Shown here: piece by piece, positions 26,282 to 36,443 of the stretch | Layout of the letters: each line of letters opens with the position of its first letter | Numbering within the stretch: the first letter of the stretch is position 1 | Assembly: GCA_964634875.1 (NCBI GenBank) | Contig: CAZWKA010000001.1 | Span: 37,600-101,599 of the forward strand | Source of the DNA: an uncultured Gammaproteobacteria bacterium | GTDB lineage: Bacteria > Patescibacteriota > Patescibacteriia > Magasanikbacterales > GWA2-37-8 | Reading direction: 5' to 3' | DNA: 64,000 nt | Program-made: the position numbers and the translations under genes | The notes under the pieces: model-generated | What the model saw: the letters and a program-made list of their open reading frames with translations, nothing else | Database searches by the model: none | What the model was told of the DNA's origin: nothing

Positions 26282-27046
26282 TTAGCGGTTTTTATTTTTC
26301 ATTTGTTCGCTGCAGAAATATGCGATTCCGTCGCGCACCCACGCTGCGAGCCCGGGTCGGAATTTGTCGTAATACGCTGTAAAGCGCGGATCGTCCACAT
26401 ACATTTGTCCCAGGTTCTGGTACATCTCTATTGGGCAGTCGTAGAAAAATTGAATGCCTTGGTAATGTTCGGCCACGAGTCCTTGCGCTTTTTGGCTGTC
26501 AAAGGGCATGTCCATTGCTGCGGCAAGTCGCTCTGTCAGATTTTTTTGTTTTTCTTTGAGTGCTGCCATTTCGGCCTTAGTCATCTTGGCGACTTTCGCC
26601 GTACTTTGTTTGTACGCTTCGGTATTTCCCCAGCGTTCTTTCACTTCGGCTTGGTACTGTTTCACGTCGTTGTCTTTGAACGCGTCGTAAAGTTCTTCGT
26701 CTTTAATGGGTTGATTATTTTGCATAGTAGTAATTGTTGTGGTGATTGTAGTAATAAGTTTGTCCAGTCGTTTGCGTTTGAGCTCGATCATTTTTTTCTG
26801 TTCCTGAAGCGCGCCAATCACACTATAGTTAGGGCGATTCAGAATTTCTTTGATTTCGGAAAGTTCAAAATCAAGTTCGCGAAAAAATAATATTTGTTGC
26901 AAACGAATAAGCTGGGGCTCTTCGTATTGCCGGTAGCCATTTTTTTGGATACTGGCAGGGGAGAGGAGGCCAATCTCGTCGTAGTAATGCAGTGTGCGCA
27001 CGCTGACGCCGGCGAGTTTGGCCAGGTTGTGGATTGTGTAAGGCAT
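26282..27046 (-). CDS. MerR-family regulator with TipAS-like C-terminal effector domain
   Basis: HTH NLAKLAGVSVRTLHYYDEIGLL; coiled-coil linker; TipAS-like C-term. Confidence 0.8.
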   Translation of the reverse strand: MPYTIHNLAKLAGVSVRTLHYYDEIGLLSPASIQKNGYRQYEEPQLIRLQQILFFRELDFELSEIKEILNRPNYSVIGALQEQKKMIELKRKRLDKLITTITTTITTMQNNQPIKDEELYDAFKDNDVKQYQAEVKERWGNTEAYKQSTAKVAKMTKAEMAALKEKQKNLTERLAAAMDMPFDSQKAQGLVAEHYQGIQFFYDCPIEMYQNLGQMYVDDPRFTAYYDKFRPGLAAWVRDGIAYFCSEQMKNKNR

Positions 27047-27290
27047 AGTTTTTAGTAGCTACTATAACCCAGTTTAAACTATTACGTAACGTTAGAGTCA
27101 AGAAGGGGGTGTGGATAGGTTTATATGTGATCACGCTTTAGCCAAAAGCCGGTTACAGTTGACATTACGCTGGTTGTGTAGTATATTTGCGTGTTCTAAA
27201 AATAGAACAAAGGCAGTTTTTTTAGCTATACATGGCTCAAAAAACTGCCTCTGATTGTAGGGGCAACCAATAAAAAAGCGGAGGTTTGCC

Positions 27291-27926
27291 ATGGTCGATC
27301 GAGACAAGCTGGCTCAGATGCTGCGTCGTGCTCAGCCCGAGATCATGCTGATCATTACGTTTGCTGACGGAAGAGTTGAGATTGGTCTGCACTTTTTGTA
27401 CGTGCTCCACCAGAGCGGGTACGTTGTGATCAGTCCTGTTGATATCCGGCAAGTTGAGGCAGACCTTAATCTGAGGGGGTATAAGTCGCCTCAGAAGCGC
27501 TCGGTGCGTTTTCGAATCTGCTCGAAAGAAGGTTTGTTCGAGAACATGCTTCTCCTTGTCGATCATACCGAGTCGATAGGTGCGGCTGACGATCATCCGC
27601 TCAAGGCGCTAGTAACTCGTCGGATAGAGCTGCAGCGCCGGTTGGCTGATGGTGTCTTGAAGATTTTGGTAACCCCAGTGGTCAAGGTCGAGGCATCGAG
27701 TTGGGGCCTCACCTTGTCGGCAGCCTTCAATGCTGTTCAGGATTTCCCAGCGTTCACGGTCGACATTATGAACGGTGCCGCCGTTCAGCTGACGATTACT
27801 GTGGACTGCTGGAGTGGTGGTATTTTTGCGGGTGAATGTTACCTGGCGCGTTATGCGGGACCCGACGCGTTGGAGCACCATCTCATTACTCAGTTGACAG
27901 CGGTCGCTGAAAAGCTCGCTGGCTAA
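27291..27926 (+). CDS. GC-rich hypothetical protein
   Basis: 211 aa, no motif; followed by IR+T-tract terminator about 27950-28010. Confidence 0.4.
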   Translation: MVDRDKLAQMLRRAQPEIMLIITFADGRVEIGLHFLYVLHQSGYVVISPVDIRQVEADLNLRGYKSPQKRSVRFRICSKEGLFENMLLLVDHTESIGAADDHPLKALVTRRIELQRRLADGVLKILVTPVVKVEASSWGLTLSAAFNAVQDFPAFTVDIMNGAAVQLTITVDCWSGGIFAGECYLARYAGPDALEHHLITQLTAVAEKLAG

Positions 27927-28097
27927 TAGGCGCCCCTCCACTACCACAACCTATCACACGCTTCCAATCTCTCTGCCCCATGGCGGACAAAGAGATTGGC
28001 GTGTGATTTTTTGTTTATAAAAATACTCCTTCAGTTAAGAAGAAGTACTGTATATCTCGGACCAGTATCGTTGGTCCGCTGACGCTGAAACAAAAAA

Positions 28098-29159
28098 TCA
28101 GAGAGGAACTATAGTCATCCAGTCGTGCGGATCGGAGTCCGGCGCGCGCTGGATGCTATGGTAGCGATCGAGCAGAAGACGTGGCACGGCATGCTCGGCG
28201 CTGGTTGGGATGAAGGCCTGGTCGCTGCCCCGGACGAGCTCGGTAACAGCACAGATGGTGGCCGCAGTGCCTGTGCCAAAGAGCGAGTGAAGGCGACCTT
28301 GACTGTATGCTTCGAAAAGCTCGTCGACGGTGAGGCGGCGTTCTTCCACTTTCCAGCCAGCTTCGCGAAGCAGAACGATCGCGGTTTCGCGCGTCTGACC
28401 CGGAAGAATGGTGCCATCGAGTTCGGGGGTAACAACAGTGTCGCCAATAACAGCGAAGAGGTTCATTGATCCCATCTCACCGCAGAACTGGTGCGTACGG
28501 TCAGTCCAGAGCACCTGCCCGTAGCCGTCTTCTTTGGCAATGGCTGTGGCATCGATCGCAGCGGCGTAGTTGGCACCGGCTTTGACCTCGCCGAGTCCGC
28601 CCTCTGATGCGCGCACATGCTCTGTTTCGACTTTGATCCTAAGACCGTTCTGGCCGTAGAGGCTCATGATCGGTGAGGCGATAACGATAAGCAAGCACTC
28701 GTTGCCCGGGTCGATGCCGAGGTAAGGCTCGGTACCGAGAAGCAGCGGGCGGATATAGAGCGAACAGCCCGGTTCCGGAAGTGCCCAGCTTGACTCGATC
28801 TTGATGTACTCGAGAATCGCCGTGGCCAGATCATGAATTTCCGGGCACGGTAGACGGAGTCTCGCGGCACTTTTTCGAAAGCGCTTGAGGTGTTCGTAGA
28901 ATCGAAATATCCGCACACGGCCATCGCTGCCCGGGAAGGCTTTAAAACCGTCAAAAGCAGTTTGCGCATAGTGAACGCCGCAGGCTGCCGGCGAAATCGA
29001 GATGTGTTGATGGGGCTGCAAATGGCACGGCCCCCAGCCACTCGTGCTCGTCCAGCGCATCACGAGCATGTGGTCGGTGAAAGTACGCCCAAAGGGGAGT
29101 GGTTTGCCGGCCACAGGCTTTTCTTTTGGCTGCAAAACAAGATCGGTAACGAACTGCAT
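28098..29159 (-). CDS. ilvE: Branched-chain amino acid aminotransferase (class IV PLP enzyme), GC-rich
   Basis: FGRTFTDHMLVM N-terminal motif, class-IV fold length 353 aa; strong SD AGGAGGTG. Confidence 0.8.
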   Translation of the reverse strand: MQFVTDLVLQPKEKPVAGKPLPFGRTFTDHMLVMRWTSTSGWGPCHLQPHQHISISPAACGVHYAQTAFDGFKAFPGSDGRVRIFRFYEHLKRFRKSAARLRLPCPEIHDLATAILEYIKIESSWALPEPGCSLYIRPLLLGTEPYLGIDPGNECLLIVIASPIMSLYGQNGLRIKVETEHVRASEGGLGEVKAGANYAAAIDATAIAKEDGYGQVLWTDRTHQFCGEMGSMNLFAVIGDTVVTPELDGTILPGQTRETAIVLLREAGWKVEERRLTVDELFEAYSQGRLHSLFGTGTAATICAVTELVRGSDQAFIPTSAEHAVPRLLLDRYHSIQRAPDSDPHDWMTIVPL

Positions 29160-29272
29160 AGCGCCACCTCCTGATGTTCACATAACATAATCGTATAGAC
29201 CCGTCAAACCCAAGTTATTGACGCAACGTCACTCCTGTGACAAGATGTGTAAGTATTTTTAAAGTATTTGGT

Positions 29273-29809
29273 ATGGAAAAATCTCTTAAAGAAGAAACTA
29301 ATAATCGGCTAGAATTTTTGCTCGCCCTTATTTTTTTTAGCGTCATGGTTGCAATAAGTTTTGCCTACACCCAAGCGCCAGTCGGTAGTTTTAGTGCTAT
29401 TAGTGTTTTTGATTTTTTTATTATTGTCCTGGCCGTGTTCCGCTTGACCAGACTTTTTGTGTATGATGGCATCATGCAGTATGTTCGCGACCTATGTCTG
29501 ATTAAAGAGCGGGTTGTCGATGCTGTAACGGGGGAGGAAACAATGCGGTGTGGCAAACCGACCGTCGGTTTTCGGAAAGTTGCCTCGGACTTGTTGGCGT
29601 GCCCGTGGTGTGTAGGCGTCTGGTTGGCGGCGATCGTTATTATTTTTTATACGGCGCTACCTGCGAGTCATTTAATCATTATGATTCTGGCTGTCGCTGG
29701 ACTCGCTTCGTTTGTCCAAATTACGATCAATGCCATTGGGTGGAAAGCAGAGCGGGAGAAACTGGTCGTCAAGGACAAGGAAGAAAGCCAGGAAGCCAAG
29801 AAAGTGTGA
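29273..29809 (+). CDS. DUF1360-like membrane protein
   Basis: CGKPTVGFRKVASDLLACPWCVGVW motif; start set at ATG 29273 (track ORF begins at GTG 29237). Confidence 0.5.
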   Translation: MEKSLKEETNNRLEFLLALIFFSVMVAISFAYTQAPVGSFSAISVFDFFIIVLAVFRLTRLFVYDGIMQYVRDLCLIKERVVDAVTGEETMRCGKPTVGFRKVASDLLACPWCVGVWLAAIVIIFYTALPASHLIIMILAVAGLASFVQITINAIGWKAEREKLVVKDKEESQEAKKV

Positions 29810-29844
29810 TATACTAAACAACGAGTATAATTGTCATTATTTTT

Positions 29845-30177
29845 ATGCCCGACCCTAAAACACTAAAGGAAGGACTGGAAAAACTAGCTGATCTTACACT
29901 CAATCAGTCAGACGCCCAAAAAGGATTGTTTGCAGGCGAAGTCTACAAAAAACGGTATCGCAATTTTTTTACGTTGCCTCTCTACTGGGCAGTCATTGGT
30001 TTTTTTATCTGGCTCGGCATGCGGTACAAAGGCAGCTTTTCTCCGCCCGCTTGGTATATACTCATGGGTTTGTCGGGATTTTTTTTATTGTTGAGTTTTT
30101 TTGTCTGGCTCTCGTACGGCCATCTTATTATCAAAGGTTTAAAAAAACGGCCACCAGAAACTGGTAGCCGTCCTTAA
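29845..30177 (+). CDS. Small 2-TM membrane protein
   Basis: hydrophobicity only. Confidence 0.35.
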   Translation: MPDPKTLKEGLEKLADLTLNQSDAQKGLFAGEVYKKRYRNFFTLPLYWAVIGFFIWLGMRYKGSFSPPAWYILMGLSGFFLLLSFFVWLSYGHLIIKGLKKRPPETGSRP

Positions 30178-30195
30178 TGGTGTGTTTCGCAGGAT

Positions 30196-30630
30196 TTAGG
30201 GCACGAATTCAAACGTCGCTTCTTCTAAAACAAACTGGTTCCCTTGGGTTCCGCTTGCGGGAAGTTCAGGGGTGCCGGGGTCCGGGATATATTTTTTGCT
30301 GACCAAAACTCCGGTCGCGGCAATTTTTGCATCTCTCAGTTCGGCTGGCCAGCTCGCCAGGTTGTTGATATATATAACCTGCGAATCTGTCCGGAGGATC
30401 GCTCCGGCCTGAGCATCCACTGCTTTGCCTACGATGGTTACCCGTGTACCAACGACATTTTCGAGCGAGGCGGTGTTGTCTGCGGAAAGGATGGGGGGAG
30501 CAGTCGTTTGGTAATGTTCAATGGCATATGCCCCGGCGCCCAAGACTAAAAAGGCCAAGATAAGGAGCCAGATTTTAGTGGTGCGTTGCATACGCTGATG
30601 GGATTTAAGAATTTTTTTCAGCGATGTCAC
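30196..30630 (-). CDS. Membrane-anchored/secreted hypothetical protein
   Basis: N-terminal TM/signal KIWLLILAFLVLGAGAYA. Confidence 0.4.
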   Translation of the reverse strand: MTSLKKILKSHQRMQRTTKIWLLILAFLVLGAGAYAIEHYQTTAPPILSADNTASLENVVGTRVTIVGKAVDAQAGAILRTDSQVIYINNLASWPAELRDAKIAATGVLVSKKYIPDPGTPELPASGTQGNQFVLEEATFEFVP

Positions 30631-30952
30631 CGATTACAGGTAGCATGACTTTTTCGCCTTGGTAAGCTTTGATAATCATGTAGATGGTAAGGACGAGCGA
30701 GGCAAGTCCAACAACACCGCGGAGCATGTATAGACCAGGCAAGATGCCGACAACATAGTAAAGCACGTAAACAGCGATAGAGAGCAGAATTGACTGTAGG
30801 CCGTGGAAGCGGGCAAACTTATCTTTGTACACGAGGTAAACGATCAGTCCGCCAACGATGCCAAACAAGTAAGCAAGGGCGGCGGCGAGGTTTGATTTGA
30901 CGCTGGCCTCGGGTGGCTGTGACTGAGGGGCGACTGGAGTAGTGTTCTCCAT
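30605..30952 (-). CDS. Small 3-TM membrane protein
   Basis: hydrophobicity; overlaps next gene by 26 nt. Confidence 0.4.
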   Translation of the reverse strand: MENTTPVAPQSQPPEASVKSNLAAALAYLFGIVGGLIVYLVYKDKFARFHGLQSILLSIAVYVLYYVVGILPGLYMLRGVVGLASLVLTIYMIIKAYQGEKVMLPVIGDIAEKNS

Positions 30953-31068
30953 ACGAAAGTAGGTTTAAGAATAAACTGCGACTATTGTAGCATCGGGGCG
31001 TAAATTTGCCAATAAGGCCAAAGTCGATTGTTTTTTCGGTAAATTTTGGCTCATTCTTTAGGTGTGCG

Positions 31069-31878
31069 TTAGGGAGTATTCATTCGTTCGGACAGCAAAA
31101 TTTTTTTGGCACTAGGTTTGATTGCTGCGGTCCATAGGGCGTGTATTTTTTTTCCAGGATGGAGTCCGTCAGCTGCAAAAAGCGCTCCGTCCATTCCGAC
31201 TGCCCGGGTTTTTTGGGTTATATCAACAAACACTGCTCTTTGTTTTTTGGTTTCAGCGCGCGCAATATCGTTGAAGCGGTCAATTTCTTCGGCAATGGTG
31301 GTTTGGTCTTCGTTTCTGCCAAAGGGTGTCGCGCTCCAATCTGGAATAGAAATAACGACCACGTGGGCAGGAGTATTTCCGGCTAGCTTAATTGCTTCTT
31401 GAAGTACTTTTGTAAAAACGCGCTGGTACGTTTCGCTCGGTCGGCCTTGGAACTGGTCGTTCACGCCGATCATGAGGGTGACCAGGTCAAACGGCTCTTG
31501 GGGTGCGGTATTCTGCAGAGCGTAATCAAGGTCGGCAGTAGTCCAACCAGTTCGGGCAATAATAGTGGGGTCATCGATCGCAATAGCTTGAGTCCGTAAT
31601 TCTTGGGTTAGCTGGGTCGGCCAACGGTCAGCGGCACTAACGCCTTGACCGATCGTATATGAGTCGCCGAGCGCCAGGAATTTTTTGGAAATTATTTTTT
31701 GAGGCACCGGTAGCGTCGGGGTTGCTTGCAAAGAGGTGGTGGTAGGCGCGTGGGGTGCGTCTCGCGCAGTAGGGGTTTTTTCGGAAGGGCTTTGTGGCAG
31801 CGGGGAAGCGGGAGTCCGAGCGCAACCGCCAAGTAGGAAAGCGCTGGCTATAAGTATGAGCGTGGGGCGTAATTTCAT
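31069..31878 (-). CDS. SGNH/GDSL hydrolase lipoprotein
   Basis: Lipobox AFLLGGC; GDSL block LALGDSYTIGQG; trimmed to ATG 31878. Confidence 0.75.
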   Translation of the reverse strand: MKLRPTLILIASAFLLGGCARTPASPLPQSPSEKTPTARDAPHAPTTTSLQATPTLPVPQKIISKKFLALGDSYTIGQGVSAADRWPTQLTQELRTQAIAIDDPTIIARTGWTTADLDYALQNTAPQEPFDLVTLMIGVNDQFQGRPSETYQRVFTKVLQEAIKLAGNTPAHVVVISIPDWSATPFGRNEDQTTIAEEIDRFNDIARAETKKQRAVFVDITQKTRAVGMDGALFAADGLHPGKKIHALWTAAIKPSAKKILLSERMNTP

Positions 31879-32122
31879 AGTATTGATTAGTACACGAGAA
31901 CGTATACTATCACGAAGTACTCGTGGTTCAAAATTGGCTAAGATACAAGCATTTTCGCCCAACATCCTTGACAAAACCTTGTTTTTATGCTAGGGTGCAT
32001 GATCCCTTAAACCGAGGGAAAGTTCTTTTATAATCACCAACTCCTCGAGCAATCGAGCGGTTGGTTTGGTAAGTATTGTAAGTATTTTCCAGACCAAACC
32101 GTTCGATTCACCAAGGAGTATG

Positions 32123-32887
32123 CCTATGAGCGCCGCGACCATTACTGCTGACCACGATCCGCCCCCGGCCTCCCTCGCCCAGTCGCCCGCCACTGAGCTG
32201 GACACGCCCACGAGCGTGGAGACTTCCACCGACAAAGCGGCAGATCCGCCGGAGGATGAGCCGTTCTATGTTCGGCTGCAGAAAATTGGTGGGGTGAACC
32301 CCGAAGCCCCGCTCCGCAAGGTCCCGCCGTCCCGGCCGTTCGTTTTCGAGCTCGAAACTCCTGCTGAACCGCCTATCCATAAGGCGGATATACTGGTTCC
32401 GCTCGGGAGCGTGCCCGCATCCAATGAGGCCGACGACCCGGCTCTGTGGCTTCCGCAGACGTCGCGGCTGCAGCTGTTGCTGCAACGCCCGAAGGAGGAG
32501 CTCGCGCGAGTGCTACAGCTCTGGCAGCAGCGCTACCACCCCGCCATCGTGCTGCTCTCGTTTCTGCTGATTGTCTTTGGTTTGGGTCTCATCTGTTCGG
32601 CGAGTGTCGGTATGGTGCTCGCCTTCCAGACCAAGCTCCGGGATCTGCAGGTGTCCTCCGCTACCACGGAAGCCGCTCTGCGCGCCAGGATCAGTCAGCT
32701 CGAGACCCAGAGTACAGCTCCCATCGCGAAGTCGCCGACCCGCGAAGAGCTCGAGATGCTCGAGTACGCCCGCTGTAGCAAGGCACTCGGCGAGGCGCTC
32801 AAGCCGCCGCTGACGATCGCGCGCCAGACGAACCTCTGCCGAAGCGAGTACCAGCAGCGTACGGGTCGCGCGTTTGTTTCGCGCTGA
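32123..32887 (+). CDS. GC-rich Pro-rich N-term / single TM / coiled-coil hypothetical protein
   Basis: AAGGAG SD 7 nt upstream of ATG 32123; TM IVLLSFLLIVFGLGLICSASVGMVLAF; architecture mirrors 9806-10192. Confidence 0.5.
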   Translation, partial: PMSAATITADHDPPPASLAQSPATELDTPTSVETSTDKAADPPEDEPFYVRLQKIGGVNPEAPLRKVPPSRPFVFELETPAEPPIHKADILVPLGSVPASNEADDPALWLPQTSRLQLLLQRPKEELARVLQLWQQRYHPAIVLLSFLLIVFGLGLICSASVGMVLAFQTKLRDLQVSSATTEAALRARISQLETQSTAPIAKSPTREELEMLEYARCSKALGEALKPPLTIARQTNLCRSEYQQRTGRAFVSR

Positions 32888-33043
32888 TCACAAACAACTT
32901 CCCGACGCGGAAGTCCTACTCTCCCCGGCGGTGCCACGCACCGCCTCCCAAAACTTTCTATTTTCTCGAAGATATAAATAATGGGAAAAAAATATCCCGA
33001 TCCGCTGTGGCGGACGGGATATTTTAAATTACCTGTAAAATAA

Positions 33044-33856
33044 TTATTTTGTTATTTTCGTCCGGAAGAAATATGCGGCGAGCGGAATGGCAACTACAAT
33101 GATCCCTACGCACCAAACAATGGAAAGCCAGATGTGATTACCAGGTGGCGTGCCGACCATGAGTGCGCGGATCGCTTCGATCACATGTGTTACGGGTTGG
33201 TTCTCGGCAAAAATTTTGAGCGCCCACGGCATACTTTCGGTTGGGACAAAGGCCGAGCTGGCAAACGTTAGAGGGAAGACCGCGACAAAACCCATCCACT
33301 GCACTGCCTCGATACTTTTCGCTAGCAGCCCCATGATCGCTGCGATCCAGGAAATGGCAAAGGTAAATAAGAGTACGATGCCCCAAATAATAAGCCATTC
33401 GGTGAACGAAGCAACCGGCCGGAAACCGATAGCAAAAGCGACTGCAATCATGATAATTGATGAGATCGTATTACGTACCAGGTCAGCTGTAACGTGCCCG
33501 ATGATTACGGCCGAGCTCATGATCGGCAGCGATTTAAACCGATCAATAATGCCGCGTTTCAAGTCGGCGGCGACGCTAAGCGAAGTGGTGAGCGCACCGA
33601 ACGCGGCGGTTTGTACCAAAATGCCGGCCACTAAAAAATTTACATAACTCACACCGCCCGTATTGATTGCACCGCCAAACACATAGCGGAACAAGAGCAT
33701 GAACATGATCGGCGAAATAGCCACCGACAACAATTGGTCCATGTTGCGGATAATATGCCGAAGGCTCCGGCGAATGAGGACGCTCGCATCACTTGCGCCC
33801 CAGCGGATCTTGGATCCAAGGGTTTGAGAAGTTTGAACAGGGGAAAGTGTAGTCAT
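33044..33856 (-). CDS. ABC-2 type transporter permease
   Basis: 6 TM, ABC-2 family pattern. Confidence 0.8.
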   Translation of the reverse strand: MTTLSPVQTSQTLGSKIRWGASDASVLIRRSLRHIIRNMDQLLSVAISPIMFMLLFRYVFGGAINTGGVSYVNFLVAGILVQTAAFGALTTSLSVAADLKRGIIDRFKSLPIMSSAVIIGHVTADLVRNTISSIIMIAVAFAIGFRPVASFTEWLIIWGIVLLFTFAISWIAAIMGLLAKSIEAVQWMGFVAVFPLTFASSAFVPTESMPWALKIFAENQPVTHVIEAIRALMVGTPPGNHIWLSIVWCVGIIVVAIPLAAYFFRTKITK

Positions 33857-33859
33857 ATA

Positions 33860-34822
33860 TTATTGAGTTTCTTCTTGAGAAGGAGTAACTTCGCGACCTG
33901 TAAGGCGGAGGAACACATCGTCGAGAGTTGGTTTGTGTACCGACATACTGTCAATTTCAATCTTGGCTGTGTACAGTGCGTCGAGGATGCGTTTGACTTC
34001 GCGCACACTGCCGTCGGTCGGCACACTGATGCTGCGTTCCTCGTTGTTGGTCCGGGCAGTAGCGCCATCCACCGCGCGCACGGCTTCGTCAAAATTACTC
34101 TTCGCATCAATGACTAATTCAATTCGCTCCTGGCCAACATTATTTTTGAGCTCATCAGCCGTACCCGAAGCAATCACTTTACCATGGTCAATAACCATAA
34201 TGTGGTCGGCGAGCTTGTCCGCTTCTTCCAGGTATTGGGTCGTCAGTAAAATCGTCGTCCCTTTCTTGGCCAGTTTTTCGATCACTTCCCAGATCGCGAT
34301 ACGGCTGCGCGGGTCAAGTCCGGTGGTTGGTTCATCAAGGAAAATAACCGGCGGTTCAGCAATAAGGCTTGCCGCGAGGTCGATGCGTCGGCGCATACCA
34401 CCGGAATAAGTTTTGACCGCCCGCCCCGAAGCTTCGACTAAATCAAATTGCTCAAGTAATTCTTGGGCCCGTTTTTTGCTGGCAACTTTCCCAAGGTGGT
34501 AGAGTTCGCCCATCATTTCTAAGTTTTCCCGTCCTGTCAGGTATTCGTCAACCGCCGCATACTGCCCGGTAAGACCAATCAGGCTCCGGACTTTTGCGGG
34601 GTTGTTAACCACGTCGTGGCCATTGATATGAACCGTTCCGGCATCTGGTTTAAGGAGGGTGCTTAAAATACGCACAATGGTTGTTTTGCCAGCGCCGTTT
34701 GGCCCGAGAAGTGCCAGGATGGTGCCAGTTTTGACGCTGAGGTCAATGCCTTCCAGGACTTTGAGATCTTTAAAGGATTTAAAAAGTCCGCGGACCTCAA
34801 TCGTATTCGCTGTGTCTGTCAT
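33860..34822 (-). CDS. ABC transporter ATP-binding protein (DrrA-like)
   Basis: Walker A GPNGAGKTT, signature LSGGMRRR, Walker B ILLDEPT. Confidence 0.9.
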   Translation of the reverse strand: MTDTANTIEVRGLFKSFKDLKVLEGIDLSVKTGTILALLGPNGAGKTTIVRILSTLLKPDAGTVHINGHDVVNNPAKVRSLIGLTGQYAAVDEYLTGRENLEMMGELYHLGKVASKKRAQELLEQFDLVEASGRAVKTYSGGMRRRIDLAASLIAEPPVIFLDEPTTGLDPRSRIAIWEVIEKLAKKGTTILLTTQYLEEADKLADHIMVIDHGKVIASGTADELKNNVGQERIELVIDAKSNFDEAVRAVDGATARTNNEERSISVPTDGSVREVKRILDALYTAKIEIDSMSVHKPTLDDVFLRLTGREVTPSQEETQ

Positions 34823-35000
34823 AGGTTGGTGAAGAAAAAGTAATTATACATATATAACACGCGAAGCTAAGGAGCGCAACTGCCAGGGTTAATTGAAAAA
34901 AAGGATTACATAGATGGGTTAACCCTTTACAAAACTGCCATTTTGTGCTTAGCTGGTAGGACCAAGCTGATCAGTGTGATTGGCAAAACCTAGGAGGTAC

Positions 35001-36080
35001 ATGATGAAATGGTTGGTGTTGTGGAGTTTGTCTGTAGGCGCTTGCGGTGGGGTTGAGCCTGCTGAGGATCCTGGGATGTACAACTACCGCCTGGAGTTCA
35101 AGTTGCCGCGCGGGGTCGGTTTCCACAAGATCAAGATCGTTCGGGTGGGGGATGGCGCCCAGCCGGTCGAGATGCCGGGCTGTACCGCGGTTGACCCGAT
35201 CCCCGGGTGGGGCACGCTGACCTCTCACACGTGCTCGGTATGGCTGCCGACTGCAGTCCCGGGCGAGTTTAACGTCGCCTTGACGACCGGCATGACGGAA
35301 GATAACCCCTATGTGTCTGAGATGGGGTCGTATTTTACCCAGCGGCACCCGGCGCTCGGTACGCTCGATGTGTACCGCAATGGCGCCTTGTCCAAGCTGG
35401 TGTATGTGAGCAGTGCTCCGACGTCTATGGAAGGCATGAAGCCGCCCACCTACTACCATCCGAATGTCTGGGATACCGGTTCGATGTGTCCGAGCCGTTT
35501 CCCCGCCAAGAACGATCGGGGTATCTGTTCCTTCTGGTCGCCCGAGATGGCGTGTGGCACCATCGAGATCGCGAACATGAAAAATTTTACGCTGGACGTG
35601 GGAGGACTGCCGGTTGTTACGTTGCCCGAAGTGCAGACGGATGTTTACACCAAGCCGGGTGAGAGTCTGCTCGGCGTCTTCGACTTCGGCGCGGCCAAGG
35701 GGCAGTACTGCTCTTCGGTCACCGTGGATGACTTCAATCTTCGCTTCGAATATCCGTACGATACAACCGTGCCCGGGCGTGCTAACCTCGATCTCGAGCT
35801 GCGTATCGGGGAGCGCGACTACTCGGCGCCGCTCACCGCAAACGGCGGCTCGTGCCCTGACACCGGGTGCGTCAAGCACTTCGTAGCGTTCGGTCAGTCG
35901 AACCTTGACCCGTCGCGAGAAAAATTTCCAGTCGCGGTGGTGTGCAAGAATTGCCGCGGGGTCGCGATGGGTATCGAGATCACCACGATCTTCACCGGCA
36001 ACGTGCACTACCGCGTCGGAGTCGAAGAGAGCTATCGTGCCCAGCTCCCCGAGCTGAGGAGCACGGCAGTCATTCGCTAG
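35001..36080 (+). CDS. GC-rich secreted lipoprotein, hypothetical (Cys-rich, beta-rich)
   Basis: AGGAGG 5 nt upstream of ATGATG 35001; signal + lipobox LSVGACGG. Confidence 0.55.
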   Translation: MMKWLVLWSLSVGACGGVEPAEDPGMYNYRLEFKLPRGVGFHKIKIVRVGDGAQPVEMPGCTAVDPIPGWGTLTSHTCSVWLPTAVPGEFNVALTTGMTEDNPYVSEMGSYFTQRHPALGTLDVYRNGALSKLVYVSSAPTSMEGMKPPTYYHPNVWDTGSMCPSRFPAKNDRGICSFWSPEMACGTIEIANMKNFTLDVGGLPVVTLPEVQTDVYTKPGESLLGVFDFGAAKGQYCSSVTVDDFNLRFEYPYDTTVPGRANLDLELRIGERDYSAPLTANGGSCPDTGCVKHFVAFGQSNLDPSREKFPVAVVCKNCRGVAMGIEITTIFTGNVHYRVGVEESYRAQLPELRSTAVIR

Positions 36081-36196
36081 TCGCCGTCCCAATCCCCCTT
36101 TTTTGATTTTTCATCGAGGGGCGCAAAAAAACAGGCCCCTCTTCCTTTGTCTCTAAAATTTTTAGAAATAAAGGCAGGGCCTGTTTTTTATTTTTG

Positions 36197-36397
36197 TTAG
36201 TAGAGATCTGTCTTTGGTCGGCTGCGGTTTCGGGTGTCGATGGGGTTTACCATCCGTGTATTCATTTTTTGTTTGGCGCGGAGCGCTTCAGCTGCAGACA
36301 GTTTTTTGTCCGGGACAACAGGCTCCTTTTTTGCCGCTTTTTTCTTCGTCCCTTTTTTAGCTTCTAAGATTTCAAGTTGTTTTTTATACCATTTCAT
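36197..36397 (-). CDS. Small Lys-rich hypothetical protein
   Basis: 66 aa ORF; weak. Confidence 0.25.
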   Translation of the reverse strand: MKWYKKQLEILEAKKGTKKKAAKKEPVVPDKKLSAAEALRAKQKMNTRMVNPIDTRNRSRPKTDLY

Positions 36398-36443
36398 AAG
36401 GGTAGTTTAATGCGGGTAAGTGTACCAGATTATGTTCGCGCTG

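Noticed and set aside
34971-36092. 373-aa minus-strand ORF (Arg/His/Pro-rich)
   Set aside because: Antisense open frame, typical of GC-rich DNA. The +strand gene has an AGGAGG SD and a lipoprotein signal.
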